From Lingula anatina (Eukaryota; Animalia; Brachiopoda): 64,000 bases of DNA. Of the stretch, positions 41,236 to 53,655 are shown in pieces. A program made the translations under genes and the position numbers. The notes below the pieces were generated by a model, which saw only the letters and a list, made by a program, of their open reading frames with translations, was not told the DNA's origin and ran no database searches. Within the stretch, counting starts at the first letter, position 1. The number at the start of each line of letters is the position of its first letter. The stretch lies in contig CM120646.1 of assembly GCA_051362555.1 (NCBI GenBank), forward strand, positions 1,798,001 to 1,862,000, given 5' to 3'.

Positions 41236-44200
41236 ATTTGGGTATTATTATAGGTGTATATGGCGCTATATATGTAATGATTCCCTTAGTTGTACACCCC
41301 TTGTTGCAAGAAAAGGTTGCAGATCTTTTTAACATGTTTGACTTAACATTCCTCCTGTATCAGAAGAGTGGGCATACCATAGCAAAAAGAAAGAGAGATA
41401 AAAAAAGGGTACAAAGAAAAGAAAGAAATAAAAAGAGGATAGAAAGAAAAACAAAAAACCAACAACACAAATAAAAAGGAGATGCTTTTCAAGGGCATAC
41501 ATAGGGACAAGACAAAAAGTCACAAAAGTGCAAAACGAGAAAGAAAAATCAAATCAAAATCAAACGCGGAAGTTGAAAAGGGATAGGTCTACTATGCGGC
41601 GGTATTTGACACATCAGATTGCAAAGAACCAGTGCAAAAACGCAATGCCTTTTTACCCTTCCATAAATCACCTAAATCACACCTCACCTCGTAGGATATC
41701 GGGTTTTACATCTGGCATATACATATACCACTGGTCAGTCGATCATGTGTGATATTTTTACACTGACAGCTACAACAAACAGGTTACTAGGAAAATGAAA
41801 TTTAGAGGGATTATGTTTCGTGTACATACTTGCAGATCGGCTCATTTCGACCTTATCCGTTCATAATTGTTATAAAATCCGAGCGTTATTCTGATAACTA
41901 TAAGTATGCACTAATTAAGTGGGGTTTCCGACAACATTTTAATGCAATGTAAAATGTAGATTGAAATAATACACCCTTTTCAGGAAACGCAATTCCTATC
42001 AGTTGGCAGCCTGCAAGGATCAAAATATCCGGTGTAAAAACAGTTGCTTCCCCCTCCCCCCCCCCCCCCCAAACCCTGCGTGACAAAACTTTGCTTACTG
42101 CCAATATAAGTACTGTATATGCCATTCTCTTTAATAAGATAACTTGAAATGCCGTGACGCTGGCAGTTTAATGGATATTTGATTTTCATTCTCACGTACG
42201 CACAGGAAAAGATACGTTAGAAAAACTAAATGGAGGAACTAAATTAAAAAAAGAAGCTAACTCATAATAAACAGACAAAAACAAGCATAGAAAAAAGAAA
42301 AAGACTGACCCAAGCCTACAATAATTCAAATAGAATTCCATGAAGTTGAGAGGGAAGAAAACACGTAATGAAATTCGAAATTAAAAAAGACTGACATAAA
42401 GCCTGACAATGACATAATGTAATTGAAAAAGGATGACATGATGATATAAATTAAAACGAGGAAAAAAAGATAAAAAAGAAATGAAGATAAACAGACAGTG
42501 AAACAGAAGTTAGACGGCAAACGAAAATATAAGTTATTGCAGGAAATATTACATACGTGGTATAAGGTAAGATGGGCAATACTGTATATCTCTAAGGAAT
42601 GCCGTGATGGACTGGTTATAATAAAACTGTCTACCCAGCAGCCCTAGGCTAGACCCCGGCGGATGCAACATATGGCTAAAGGAGGTGGGGCAGAAGGATT
42701 TTTTTCGAGAAGCAAATATAAAAATGATAAATGAGAACAGTTTTACTGTTATATGGGGGCACAGGTCTGGAAACTACTTGATTTCGTGTGTCTGCTAGTG
42801 TGTGTGTGTGTGCGTGCGCGCGCACGCGTGTGTGTGCACGCACGTTTGTGTGCATATGTAAGTTTGTGTGTGAATGTGTGTGTGTGTGGGGGGGGGGGGG
42901 GGCGTGTGCGTGTGTGCACCGAAAGTCTACAAAGCATAATATTCATAGAATGAATAACGCTTTCACATAGCCTTTTATGTCTGCAACTCACGCTATCAGT
43001 TGCACCGGTTGCACGGCCGGATAAAGTAACGTAATGCCTATGCACGTGCCTCTATGCACGCTTTTAAATCATTAGGTGCACATGTAGCCTGGCACTGCAA
43101 AACTTTTGAAACGCAGTGTATACACAGACTGATTGATATAAGTTTATTTTTTGAAAGAGAGCAATTAAAATTAAGCTCGCGGTCAACTTATCTTCGGTAT
43201 TGTATACAGATTATATTGTGCCTTACAACTGGTTTAAAGTGTTTTTGATTGAAAGGCAAATATATACATTATAGCTCTTATCGGACTAATTACCTTAGTT
43301 TTTTATTTCGTGTTCGGGGCAGGTGTTAATTGAAACGGCTAGAGAAACTCGGAAATAGGATATGTAAAATATTTGAAAAATAAAATCTGTGTGAACAAAT
43401 TCAAATTCATTTATATGCACTTCCACACGCAGGCACTTTTTTTCTGTTTCGATCTCACAGTGATAATTTCTTTTCATGATACCGACTTTTAAAAACGGGA
43501 TACAAAGAGATCGTCTAGACACCCTCAAGCTTGTTTTTTTATCTGTCTATTGAGGAAGAAGCCGCTGAGAAAAGGTAAAAATAAAGAGACAGAGCACGGG
43601 ATATCTAGCCATTTTTCTTTTATTCGTGGCTTGCTGATATGAGTCATGATGAAAGATTAAAAGGATTAAAGGGGTTCCTTATGTTTGATTATTATTGTAT
43701 GACTAATTCTGATGAAGTAGGAGTCAATATAACTTAACGTTTTGAATATCTTTATAAATACATTAAAATATGTAATTCAAAAGATAAACATAAGCAATTT
43801 CAAACTATAAAGTATACCGTGCACGTGTTCGAAATTGGGGGCTTTGGTACTCAGAGTAGATGGAAGGGGGAGGGGGGCAGGGGGTTAAGGTGTGCAATTT
43901 AAATATGCAAACATGTACATGTACAACGTGGACAGCTGAAGTGACGCGGTGCACGTTGACGGGATATATCAAGGTAAGTGTCGTAATCTTAGACGGTATG
44001 ATTCACGTGATGAGTCACGTCATTTCATGATCAAGTAGACTCAACTAGTTAAAAAATAATTGAAAGAATAAAATAAAGAAGAAGCAGTCATCAAAGAAAC
44101 CATTCTGAAGTCAGTTCATATTGGTGAGGTTTTTCCCACTTATCAATCGCTTGTTTTACATTAAGATTATATTGGTTTTATAATGAGCAAAATCCACGTG

Positions 44201-44247
44201 CCAGTAATCCCCTCTATGTCTGCACTATCGCCATCACCTGAGGAGGG

Positions 44248-44429
44248 CAGGGGCGGATTTAGGCCATCGTCTAGGTCTTCCAGCAGACGGTCAGATTTTC
44301 AAGTTTACATTGATAGGTATCTTAATTTTTTTCTGTTGGAAGACGGTCAAAATTGGAGGCAAAATTGGAGGATGGATCAACAAAGATAATTTGGAAAACT
44401 GTCAGAAAATATCTCTGGGTCCGCCCCTG
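44248..44429. mobile_element. ~180-bp hAT-like MITE
   Basis: 10-bp TIR CAGGGGCGGA / TCCGCCCCTG; no clean TSD seen. Confidence 0.5.
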
Positions 44430-45163
44430 CATGGAGGACATGGGCATAAACAGACCTTTTCGAACTAAAAACCTGGAGAACTGAGAGAAATCTAAATTTA
44501 GACTTGCTTACAGACGGTGTTTAATAACAGACTGGGGAGATCGGGGGGGGGGGGGGGGGGGCGTAGTGAGTCAGAACCAACGCTTGCTTCAGAAGTATGT
44601 TTCTCATTTTCCAAAACAGTAGAACATGCGAAACAAGGCACAACCATTCTATTTTTTCATTCCCGTTTCCTACATATTATAGCAAAATAATCTTTGTCTG
44701 CTTTTTTTTTCAAATTTCTGATTTGCTTCGCTGAGCAATAACCATCTTTGTAAACCCAATTTTTAGTCTATGCAAAATCAGAGATCGACTGGTGTTTCCT
44801 CCCCCCCCCCTCCTCCCCGTCTACGTGCAGAAAAACACGACTTTGCATTAAGAAGGCGTGCGACTTGATAGCCAACAGCTTTAGGGGTCATTGGAAAGCG
44901 CACCTGTAATTTCTTAAACCTTCTATTTGCCAATAACCTCTATTCGTAGAGCCTGTGGTAGAGCATATAATTGAGGGGAGTGGGAGGGGGGGCTTTTACA
45001 AAACAAAATGGAGGATTCAATCTCCATCCCTTATCAAAAGATGAGAACACATTACTGCCCCTTAATTAATGAACAGATTACACTCCTCCCCCCCCCCCAT
45101 CCCCTCCCCGCAAGCCGCTAACTGGTTGGTTAAATCTCTTGTGCATGATGAAGGATTTTTGGT

Positions 45164-45264
<101 letters not shown>

Positions 45265-45639
45265 AATGGGGCGCGTATAGAGAAATTCCTCTCTGATAAT
45301 CACAAACTACGAGCACCATTCACTTTTATGGTTAGATAATTAAAAACCAATAATCGAATATGTTTTAACTTAAAAGTGTTACAATGGTTTCACCTAGTCT
45401 AGTAGAGTTGACAACTTGAGGCATGGTGAAAGCGTCCTTCTCTAAATACTGCCTTAAAATGTGTTGAAACAACAGGCTTGTATATGCAGCAATTTCAAAG
45501 GGAAATTTTTATGAATATGAACATTATTTAACCCCCTAAGTTGAGCTAACTTGAGAAATGGTGTAGAACTTAGGTCAAAATTTTGATTCAGAGCTGAGGA
45601 TCTTTCGATCCCTAGCCCACTCACCCTCCCCACCCCACC

Positions 45640-45808
45640 CAGGCCCGTAGCCAGGGGGGGGGGTCGGGGGTTCGAAAGAACCGCCCCTTTTTGCTGAAGA
45701 AAAGGTCCACTCTGGGTAAAATTTGATGTAGGTACAAGATGTTTTTATGGAAAAAGGTCCACTTTTCAGAAAACGAACCCCCCTTTGAAAGTGCTGGCTA
45801 CGGGCCTG
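45640..45808. mobile_element. ~170-bp hAT-like MITE (CAGGCCCGTAGCC family)
   Basis: Perfect TIRs caggcccgtagccag / ctggctacgggcctg; flanks ccacc/acacc. Confidence 0.88.
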
Positions 45809-48800
45809 ACACCCAACACAGGGACACATCTTTTTGTTGCAAGTCCCTGCTTCCGCGTTAATTTAGGCAATGAGCTAATTAACTTAACCGACGGATTCCA
45901 GTAGGATCTAGCAAAAGGACCCCAATCCGCATACACTGTTTTTTCCTTTTGATTGGATGATGTTAAATATCTGGTCTACATTATATGCATTGAGTTTTTT
46001 CAGTAAAATACCACAGATTTCTACCAGGTCAAATGTCATGTCCTGAATTTCATATCACCAGAGAGGCGAGTCAATTAACTCAATACAGGACCCACTGCAC
46101 GGAATTTTTAATTTTCACTAAAAGGGGAAGTCGAAAAAATGGACGGCCATTCAGATCGTCCAGATATGTCCAGTCGTCTGATGATGCGAATTAAGCCGAT
46201 ATCCACATTAGGGTATCCTTTTAACGCAGTGGTTAAAACGCCGAAATGTATCAAAAATCAGAACCAATAACCCTTTCACTCTTTCTCTCTTTATTCTGTG
46301 ACGCGTTAGTCTACGTGACTCGATATTTCGATCAGACAAAAACACGAGTCTTACACAAAATGAGTCATAACCCTACTCCGTGATGCTAAGCAGGTTGACA
46401 ACTCTCAGGTTAAAAACAAATTTGAAGAAACGTTGCCAAAAAAAAGGACTTTTTCAATCGACACCTAAACTGCTGTCAAAGCACTGATTGATATTGCGTC
46501 AAGTAATTGTGGGGTCACATTTCGAGGTTTCGTCGGAAATTTCCACTGTTTATCAACTAAAAGTTTCTATTTGAAGTGGTTTCGGCCACTGCGTGTGGAA
46601 AGCCATTTGCAATTTGCGAGTGAAGTCCAATTAGCAGGAAAGATTGGGTCCGTCTGTTATATCACATATTAAACGTTCTGTATTAAACTACCTGTATAAT
46701 GACTGGAGACTATATAGGCTGCAATTGCTCAGATTAAATTTAAAACACAGAAGCTTTATTTCTAGAAAGCACATCACAGTAGCGCCACCTTGATAAGTTA
46801 ATTGATAAATCTCTCTGCACTGTAACTATCCATTCTTTCTACTCTTAAGTGTAGTCGGGGCTTCAATCGTGATTTCAAAATACATGAAAAATATATGAAT
46901 ATATATTTATATTTGAGATTTCTCTTTACATTTAGGTATCCTACAAATTTTGTCAAAAATTGTCTTTTTTTTTGGGGGGGGGGGGGGATAAATGCCTCCG
47001 ACATACGCCAACCACGGGCCAAAATCTTCGAGAGTAAGAATGACTGTGGGTGGATTTGTGAAAATTATAAAATAATTATATTTCTTATTTTTTTCTGTTC
47101 AGTCAATCGTGAGTACGTGTGAAATATGTATATTCCAAGTGACGAATGCAGTTTTCAGTCACACGGTTCTTTTCAGTTAGATCATAACGTTTACTAAAGT
47201 TTTTTATGTTAAACAAGATTTGCGTTAAAAACTTCGAGACAGCAGTATTGTGAACTCTGTATATATTGATGAGAAGAATATTATTATACGTTTTATAGTT
47301 TAAAAAAAACTTTGTTAGGCTTCAACATTTAGGAATAAGCTTCTCTTCTTTTGTTTAGTTCTTTTAAGAATGTTAAAACATTTACATTTAAAGTTACAAA
47401 ACTAAACGTTTGGAAAAGCTTCACAGCCCAGGTTTCTAGGTAGTTTGTTTTTAATGCCATGCATGTGTACATGTATGAACATAGAAGTAGAGAATATTAA
47501 TAAGCTTAGTGCATGTATACTGTAGCAAATCAACCAAAACGTGATGCAGTATAAAGAGTATAAAGGAAGGACGATCAACCAAGGTTAAGCGACTACGTGG
47601 ATTAATTTCTGCTCATTTATTCTGTCCCTTCTTTGACTTCATTTCTTATAATTTGGATATTTCTGTTTCAAATTCAGAAGCCAAATTCAGAAGCCAATTT
47701 ACTCATCTTCCTCTTTCACTTTCAGTCTCTCTCTTTCTCATTCTCTCTCACACACGCACACAAAAACACACACATACACACCCTCGCACGCACAAACATA
47801 AGTGTATTTCCATTCATCAGGTTCTTCCTATATATCTTTGTCAGCCAACAACCCCCAGACAAGTAAATTATCCCAGGCAGCAAAATACGTGGTATCAGGT
47901 TACCCCTAATAGCGATACGTATCAAGAAATATTATGACCCTCTGCGCAGAGAACCTGCTTCCGACATAAATAAAATTTGTTCAATTGCCCATACAAGAAT
48001 AATCATTTGCTTTTTTTTCCTCCAGCTTCTTTCTTTTTTTCTTTTCCCCACTTCTCAGGTCTTCTTCAATTGTTGCTTATATATATATATATAAGAACAA
48101 AATGAGAGTACTTTGATAGCTCTGCAATACCATCTTATTTTGCACAGTACCAAATATCTTAAGTTCAAATTTCAAAATAAAATTTAAAAAAAGGCAAAAA
48201 AAAAAAATTAGTATCAACCACTCCTAAAATCCAACATCCAACAATTAACTTAAGTTGGCTTCTAGACCTCTCCATGCAGACGTATACATGGGGAATAGTT
48301 AGTGGGTGTTTTTATTAAGCTCATAATTAGGTAATATTGCTTTTTTTCATCTTCTGAGGCCTCTTAAACTTTCACACATCTTTATTCAGTAGAGATTTTA
48401 ACAGAAGGTTATATTTTCAGTTCGTGACGCCTCTTTTTAACGCGCCATTTTCCAATGATATTGATATTCGAGAAGATTTACACACCAATTTGTTCCTTTC
48501 ATTTCAATAATTTACCAAACGAGAGTGAGTATATATGGTGGTATCAAGGTAAAAATATAATAGTTTTATGAGTCATCGATCAAACAAATTAGTTTGCACC
48601 TTTTTTTAACCTTTGTCAAGACACAGACTACACTGAACCGAAAACAAGTCTAAATCGCGTCACTACTAGAGCATGTTGAAGGGGGCAAAAGGTTTATTTT
48701 ACTGTAATTGGGAAGTTAAAAACAGAGATTCCGGTCTCAAATAACCCATTGTGAACGGAACTATCTTTCCAGGTTCCAGCTTCTTGGCTGTTTACCATAG

Positions 48801-50163
48801 CTGCCGGATATTCTGGTTAAGTGTAAAACTTCTAAACAGGAAAAAAACAAAGGTCCTGTTGAGATCTAACTGGCTTCGTTGCTTTTTCGTGTCCCTAAAA
48901 TGGTCACAGTTACAAAATATTAATATGAAATTCATGATTTACATATTGGTATCTTGAAACGTAAAATACAATGAGGCATAGTTGGCATTTCTCTCAGAAA
49001 AAAATTGATAACAATTTATCAAGAAAAAAAACGGAAACAATTAATCAAAAAGGGTCTTTTATGGACTCATAAATATCATTCAGTCAAGCTCTGCACGTAG
49101 GTCCCGAACAATGGTTGTAGAAGGAAAAAGGGCGAGTTGAATTACAAGTAATTAAGATGTTTGTTGTGTGTCATTCCTCGCACACACACAGTGAAAATTA
49201 ACACGCTCTAGGTGCGCGCGCGCGTGTTTGTTATGTGTGTGTTTGAGAGAGAGAGAGAGAGAGGGAGAGAGAGAGGAATTATACATATTTCATAAAGGCC
49301 CTAAGAGTACAATCCGATGTTGCCGATGTACAAAGTAAAAGGACAGCATTCACAGCCAGTGGAAAATTTTAACTCCTTGAGTACTAGGGTGTATTATAAA
49401 TATTTCCAAACTTTAAACATCTTTTGTTTTAACAAATCTGATGTACAATGACGTCAAGAGCGACTGCACTAAAACGGTTTATTTCTTCAGCTGCACAATA
49501 CATTAAAAGCTCGGTTAGCCGCATGTTTAAAAGAAAAGATCCGTTAAAACTTTTTTTGTTTGTTTGGTGTGTGTGAATTTGTTGTGGCACAGGCATGAAA
49601 GTTTCACAGGCTGCCAATGGATGAAAAATGATAAAAACTCAAGGTTCAGCTCAGGTCTATGGTGGTTACAGCTGTTTGTTAGCTACAAGTTTAAATGTTT
49701 CTAACGCTTAGATAAATTGACCTTTGCTTTCGTTGCGCGGTTTACCGGCTGCACTTAAGGTTGTGAAAAATCCAGTATAACTTCTGTAAGTAAAGAGAAA
49801 GTGTGCATGTAGGTTTATTTATTTATTTATTTGAGAAAGAAAAAGCTATGGTGCAGTTGAAATTATAAAGGAGTTATATATTCTCTTCCCACATTTTACT
49901 ACCATTTGATGTCCACAAAAGTTAATTTACATGAAAAATTATTTTACAAAATAAAATATGAAATATTTTATGATAAGTATCTGATATATGCACATATTTC
50001 ATAAGCGGTGAATTCCTAACGAACCAAAAGTTTCAAAACCATTAATGACGGGGAAGCGAAGAATATTATTGAAAGATGACAATGATAAGTGCTTAGAGTT
50101 GTAAGTTTAACAAGTGGCAGTTTAGACAGAAACCTATAAAACCACACTTTGGTCCCATTTGAA

Positions 50164-50470
50164 TTCTTCTTCTTTCGGACCTGTCTCGTCTCAGGGGTCC
50201 CTACTGCGGATTATCCGTCTCCACCCACACCGGTCCTGCGTATGGTCATCTTCCACTCCATACTCCTTCATATCCTCCTTGATCGCATCCATGTACCTTT
50301 CCTCGGCCTCCCGCGTTTTCTCTTTCCTGGAGGTTTCCTCGACAGCATTTTTGTCCCACGTGTTTCTTTCCGCCGTCTAACATACCCGTACCAGAGCAAT
50401 CCATACTTCTTTGCTGTGTCACCAAGTTTTGTCGCTCCTAAAATTTCCCTCACATTCTCGTTCTCGACCT
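50164..50470 (-). mobile_element. 5'-truncated RTE-clade LINE 3' end
   Basis: Minus-strand REILGATKLGD...LLWYGYVRRR...PPGKRKRGRPRK.TWM resembles the RTE ORF C-terminus (LRWFGHVRRR...GKRKRGRP..TW); short (GAA)n tail at 50164-50174. Confidence 0.8.
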
Positions 50471-51258
50471 ATAAAAATGTTAACCGGAATACAAAATCAG
50501 ACGAACATCTGAGTCTCCTTGTTCTAACTCCCCAAGATGATCTACTCTACTGCGGAAATACAAATGTCTGTTTGTTTCAAACAATTAGTTTTAACTCCTG
50601 TCCAAATTGGACCTAATCTGAACAGACCTAAAGCCATTACGACATCCCGATGTGGTAGTTGAGATAGCACAATCAGTGAATACATTTCAGCTTTGAAACG
50701 ACGTTCATCTCTGGCACAATTTATATAGACTGTAAACCCACAGGTTAACGAACAGCGGAAAACGTGTAAATATTAGCAGTAGATTGCAGTAGGTGAGATG
50801 ATTTGATCGTGTCAGAGGTTCCTTGGCTGACGGCGCACGATACTGGGTCACAGATTCTGAGTTCATTTCCATTTTCTTTTCTAACAATCAGGTACATATA
50901 CTAGATAGGAGTCAACGTATGTATTACTGGAATTTTCGGGGTTTTGTTTTCTCGTGTAATCGTTAACATCATAAGTATATTTTTTTTTTTGGATTATGAG
51001 AAGAATGCTTGCATTTCCCTCCGGTTAAATGAACCCGCTTCTCGTCTTTCTCTTCAGCTCAATTTAATTTGGACCAAGTCCAAGTATGCTGCATCTGTCA
51101 TTTCAGTGGTAAACAGATTCCCCATCCATTTTTAGAAAAAACCTCTGCTACAGGCACAAACATTCTGTCTTTTCCGTCTGTTTAATACAACATTTTTGAA
51201 CCAATTCCAGATACACGAGAATTGTTGCATAGCTGTTCGTGCAGTGGCGCCCCCTGTC

Positions 51259-51927
51259 CACCCTGAGCTTCAGAGATAACTTGCCACTAACCTCTTCACT
51301 ATAGCCTATCTTCATCGTGTCAAGTTACCTCTGACGAAAATAGTTTGACCTAGTTTAGATAAGCCAATCGAATCCATGATTCAAAATTTTTCACCAAAGT
51401 TTGGTGAAAACGCTGATTGGTTGACCGTCAATCGGCAATCCTCGGCTGATTCCGCAAGCTCCATACTAACAACAAAGTTATTGTCGAGTGCGGAGACATC
51501 CGAGTAGTTCCGAGTGCAAAACCGTACACAAAGAAAGCATGGCGTCTCCTACGAGTCACTACGTAAAATAATGTGTTAAGTTATCTCTTGATTATTTGCA
51601 AAATATGAGGATATCGGAATTGAAACCAGAGCAGTTTAAGACCCTACATCATTATCTACTGAGGGATGATGTATTTTGCGTGCTGCCCACAGGTTACGGC
51701 AAGTCCCTGATATTCAGCCTTATCTTTGATTGGTCCGGATTTGAACAAAGCGCGCTTTGACTCGTTCGCGTTCATTGGCTAGATCGTTCAATGAGTCATT
51801 GAGTGCGGGCTTTAAATTTGATTGGCGGGCGGCGGGGGCTATCGAATGTGGTCAGAGGTAACTTGACACGATGAAGATAGGCTATAGTGAAGAGGTTAGT
51901 GGCAAGTTATCTCTGAAGCTCAGGGTG
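51259..51927. mobile_element. 669-bp non-autonomous DNA transposon carrying a RecQ-like helicase fragment (AcademH-like)
   Basis: Perfect 77-bp TIRs (51259-51335 and 51851-51927), CA...TG termini, 8-bp TSD CCCCTGTC (51251-51258 and 51928-51935). Confidence 0.92.
51539..51760 (+). pseudogene. truncated RecQ/SF2 helicase N-terminus inside the transposon
   Basis: MASPTSHYVK*CVKLSLDYLQNMRISELKPEQFKTLHHYLLRDDVFCVLPTGYGKSLIF...: Q-motif-like LKPEQ plus RecQ motif I (DVF.VLPTGYGKSL); one in-frame TAA; no downstream motifs. Confidence 0.85.
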
Positions 51928-52215
51928 CCCCTGTCCCAATTCCAGTGAATCACGTTTTTGCTAGAAAACCTTCGTTGCCGCTATCACTAGCGTTATGCAG
52001 CCAATACGGAAACAATCTCCAGAATGAACCAGATGAGTTTCGTGTGTTAAAGCTATTGACAAATATATGTGTATGTACAAGATGTTTTTTTTCTCGGAGT
52101 CCGCCGCAAGTTGACAGTTTACTTGCGTCAGAGACGAATAATTTGAAACACCCAGGTTATGGGGCGTTTTAGAATCATTCTGATCCACGTCACTCCGGTC
52201 GAAATGTCAACGTGA

Positions 52216-52225
52216 ACTCTCTCTT

Positions 52226-52301
<76 letters not shown>

Positions 52302-52302
52302 A
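52216..52302. repeat. compound (TC)n(TG)n(AG)n microsatellite
   Basis: Read directly; a similar compound repeat lies at 59400-59472. Confidence 0.95.
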
Positions 52303-52595
52303 GATGGGGGAGGTAACTCCCAAGTTACAGCACACGATTCTTTAAAAAATTTGGATGGGGGGGGGGGGGGGGGGGGGGTGAAATTGGCACACTGTTTGTT
52401 GGCGCATTTCAAGAAATGATACTTTTTAAAATACGCAAAAATGTCTTTTTCTGTAATGGCTTGCCTAGGGCAGCAGGTTTTAACGGAACCTTCAAATAAC
52501 AAAATCAGTATTTCAGTATGATCAGTATGTCAGTATTTAAGAACAGTCGAACAATCAGAGAACAAGCGAGACATTTCACCTATGTATTTAAATAG

Positions 52596-52601
52596 TTTAT
52601 T
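52596..52601 (-). terminator. candidate YEATS2 polyadenylation signal
   Basis: AATAAA on the minus strand ~910 bp after the stop, at the edge of the CpG-poor domain. Confidence 0.5.
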
Positions 52602-53510
52602 ATTTTTAACATTAACAAAGTCTATCATTTTAAACCAATCATTACGTTTGACCACCTTTCAGAAACAAACATCTAGTGCTGTCATTTACAATGACAGTTT
52701 CAATATGCAAAACCATCTCACACAGCAAAAAAACAACAATAATTATAAACAAACATAATAAATATCAAATAGTTCATCCTTAGGACATATTTCGATTATT
52801 AAGTGTAATAAATTAGACCAAACAGATATTTGGTGTATGCAAATGTTATAAATTCACCCTCTAAGGCCACAGTTCAGGTGCTTTTAAAATTCCTTGACCT
52901 AACCCTTTAGCATCAGGTAGTACTTTCCATATTTTATCTGAAGCTCCTCATGTAAGACAGATGTGGGCATGCACTTTCATAGGCACACGTGTGCACGTTC
53001 TTAAACATTCCTGCACTCTTCAATTTAAATCAAACCATACGACCCTTTTTAAAATACATATACCTAATTCAGTTCATTCTAGTTTTAGTTTTTTTTACAG
53101 CATGTTTTAGTACCATGAACAAATACAAAAATACATATTTCCTTTTTTTTTTCAGAAATATAACCACCTTGCTCCAAGTCAAACACCGCTGTATTTGCCT
53201 TGAAATACAAATCTCACTGAATACAATAAATGCCAAATATGGATATAATTCCACTTATTTTTCCTTTGTGAAACAGTCCTCAAGGCATGCAGAGTGGAGC
53301 CTCTTAATCTGATCTTGATTTGAAAGAGCAGTCACTATCTTACAGATCTCGCAATTCCTCAAGTGTAAAATAATTCAGAGAAAAATCCAAACATTAACAA
53401 AAGAGCAACTACTGGTCTTAGATCTATATTAGGATGTGACAAAAGAAACAAATAAATAATAAAGTCCCTGAGAATAAACTTCCTCTCCTCTGCTTCTGCA
53501 ACTGACCAAG

Positions 53511-53655
53511 TCATCTTGACACTGAGTCAGACATGTTGGACAATCCAAGTGCTTCATTTCTATCAATTCCAAGATGTTTATTGGTGAGGAAATCACATTT
53601 CTTTTGTGCTTCAATTGACCTGTAAATGTCTATAGGAGTAAGTTCTTCTGGGAAT
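53511..53655 (-). CDS. YEATS2: YEATS2 last exon
   Basis: FPEELTPIDIYRSIEAQKKCDFLTNKHLGIDRNEALGLSNMSDSVSR*. Confidence 0.9.

Noticed and set aside
47820-47910. + strand peptide SKLSQAAKYVVSG resembling YEATS2 AKLTHGATYVVG
   Set aside because: Short, low DNA identity, quickly followed by a stop, and opposite in orientation to the nearby intron duplicate; probably chance.
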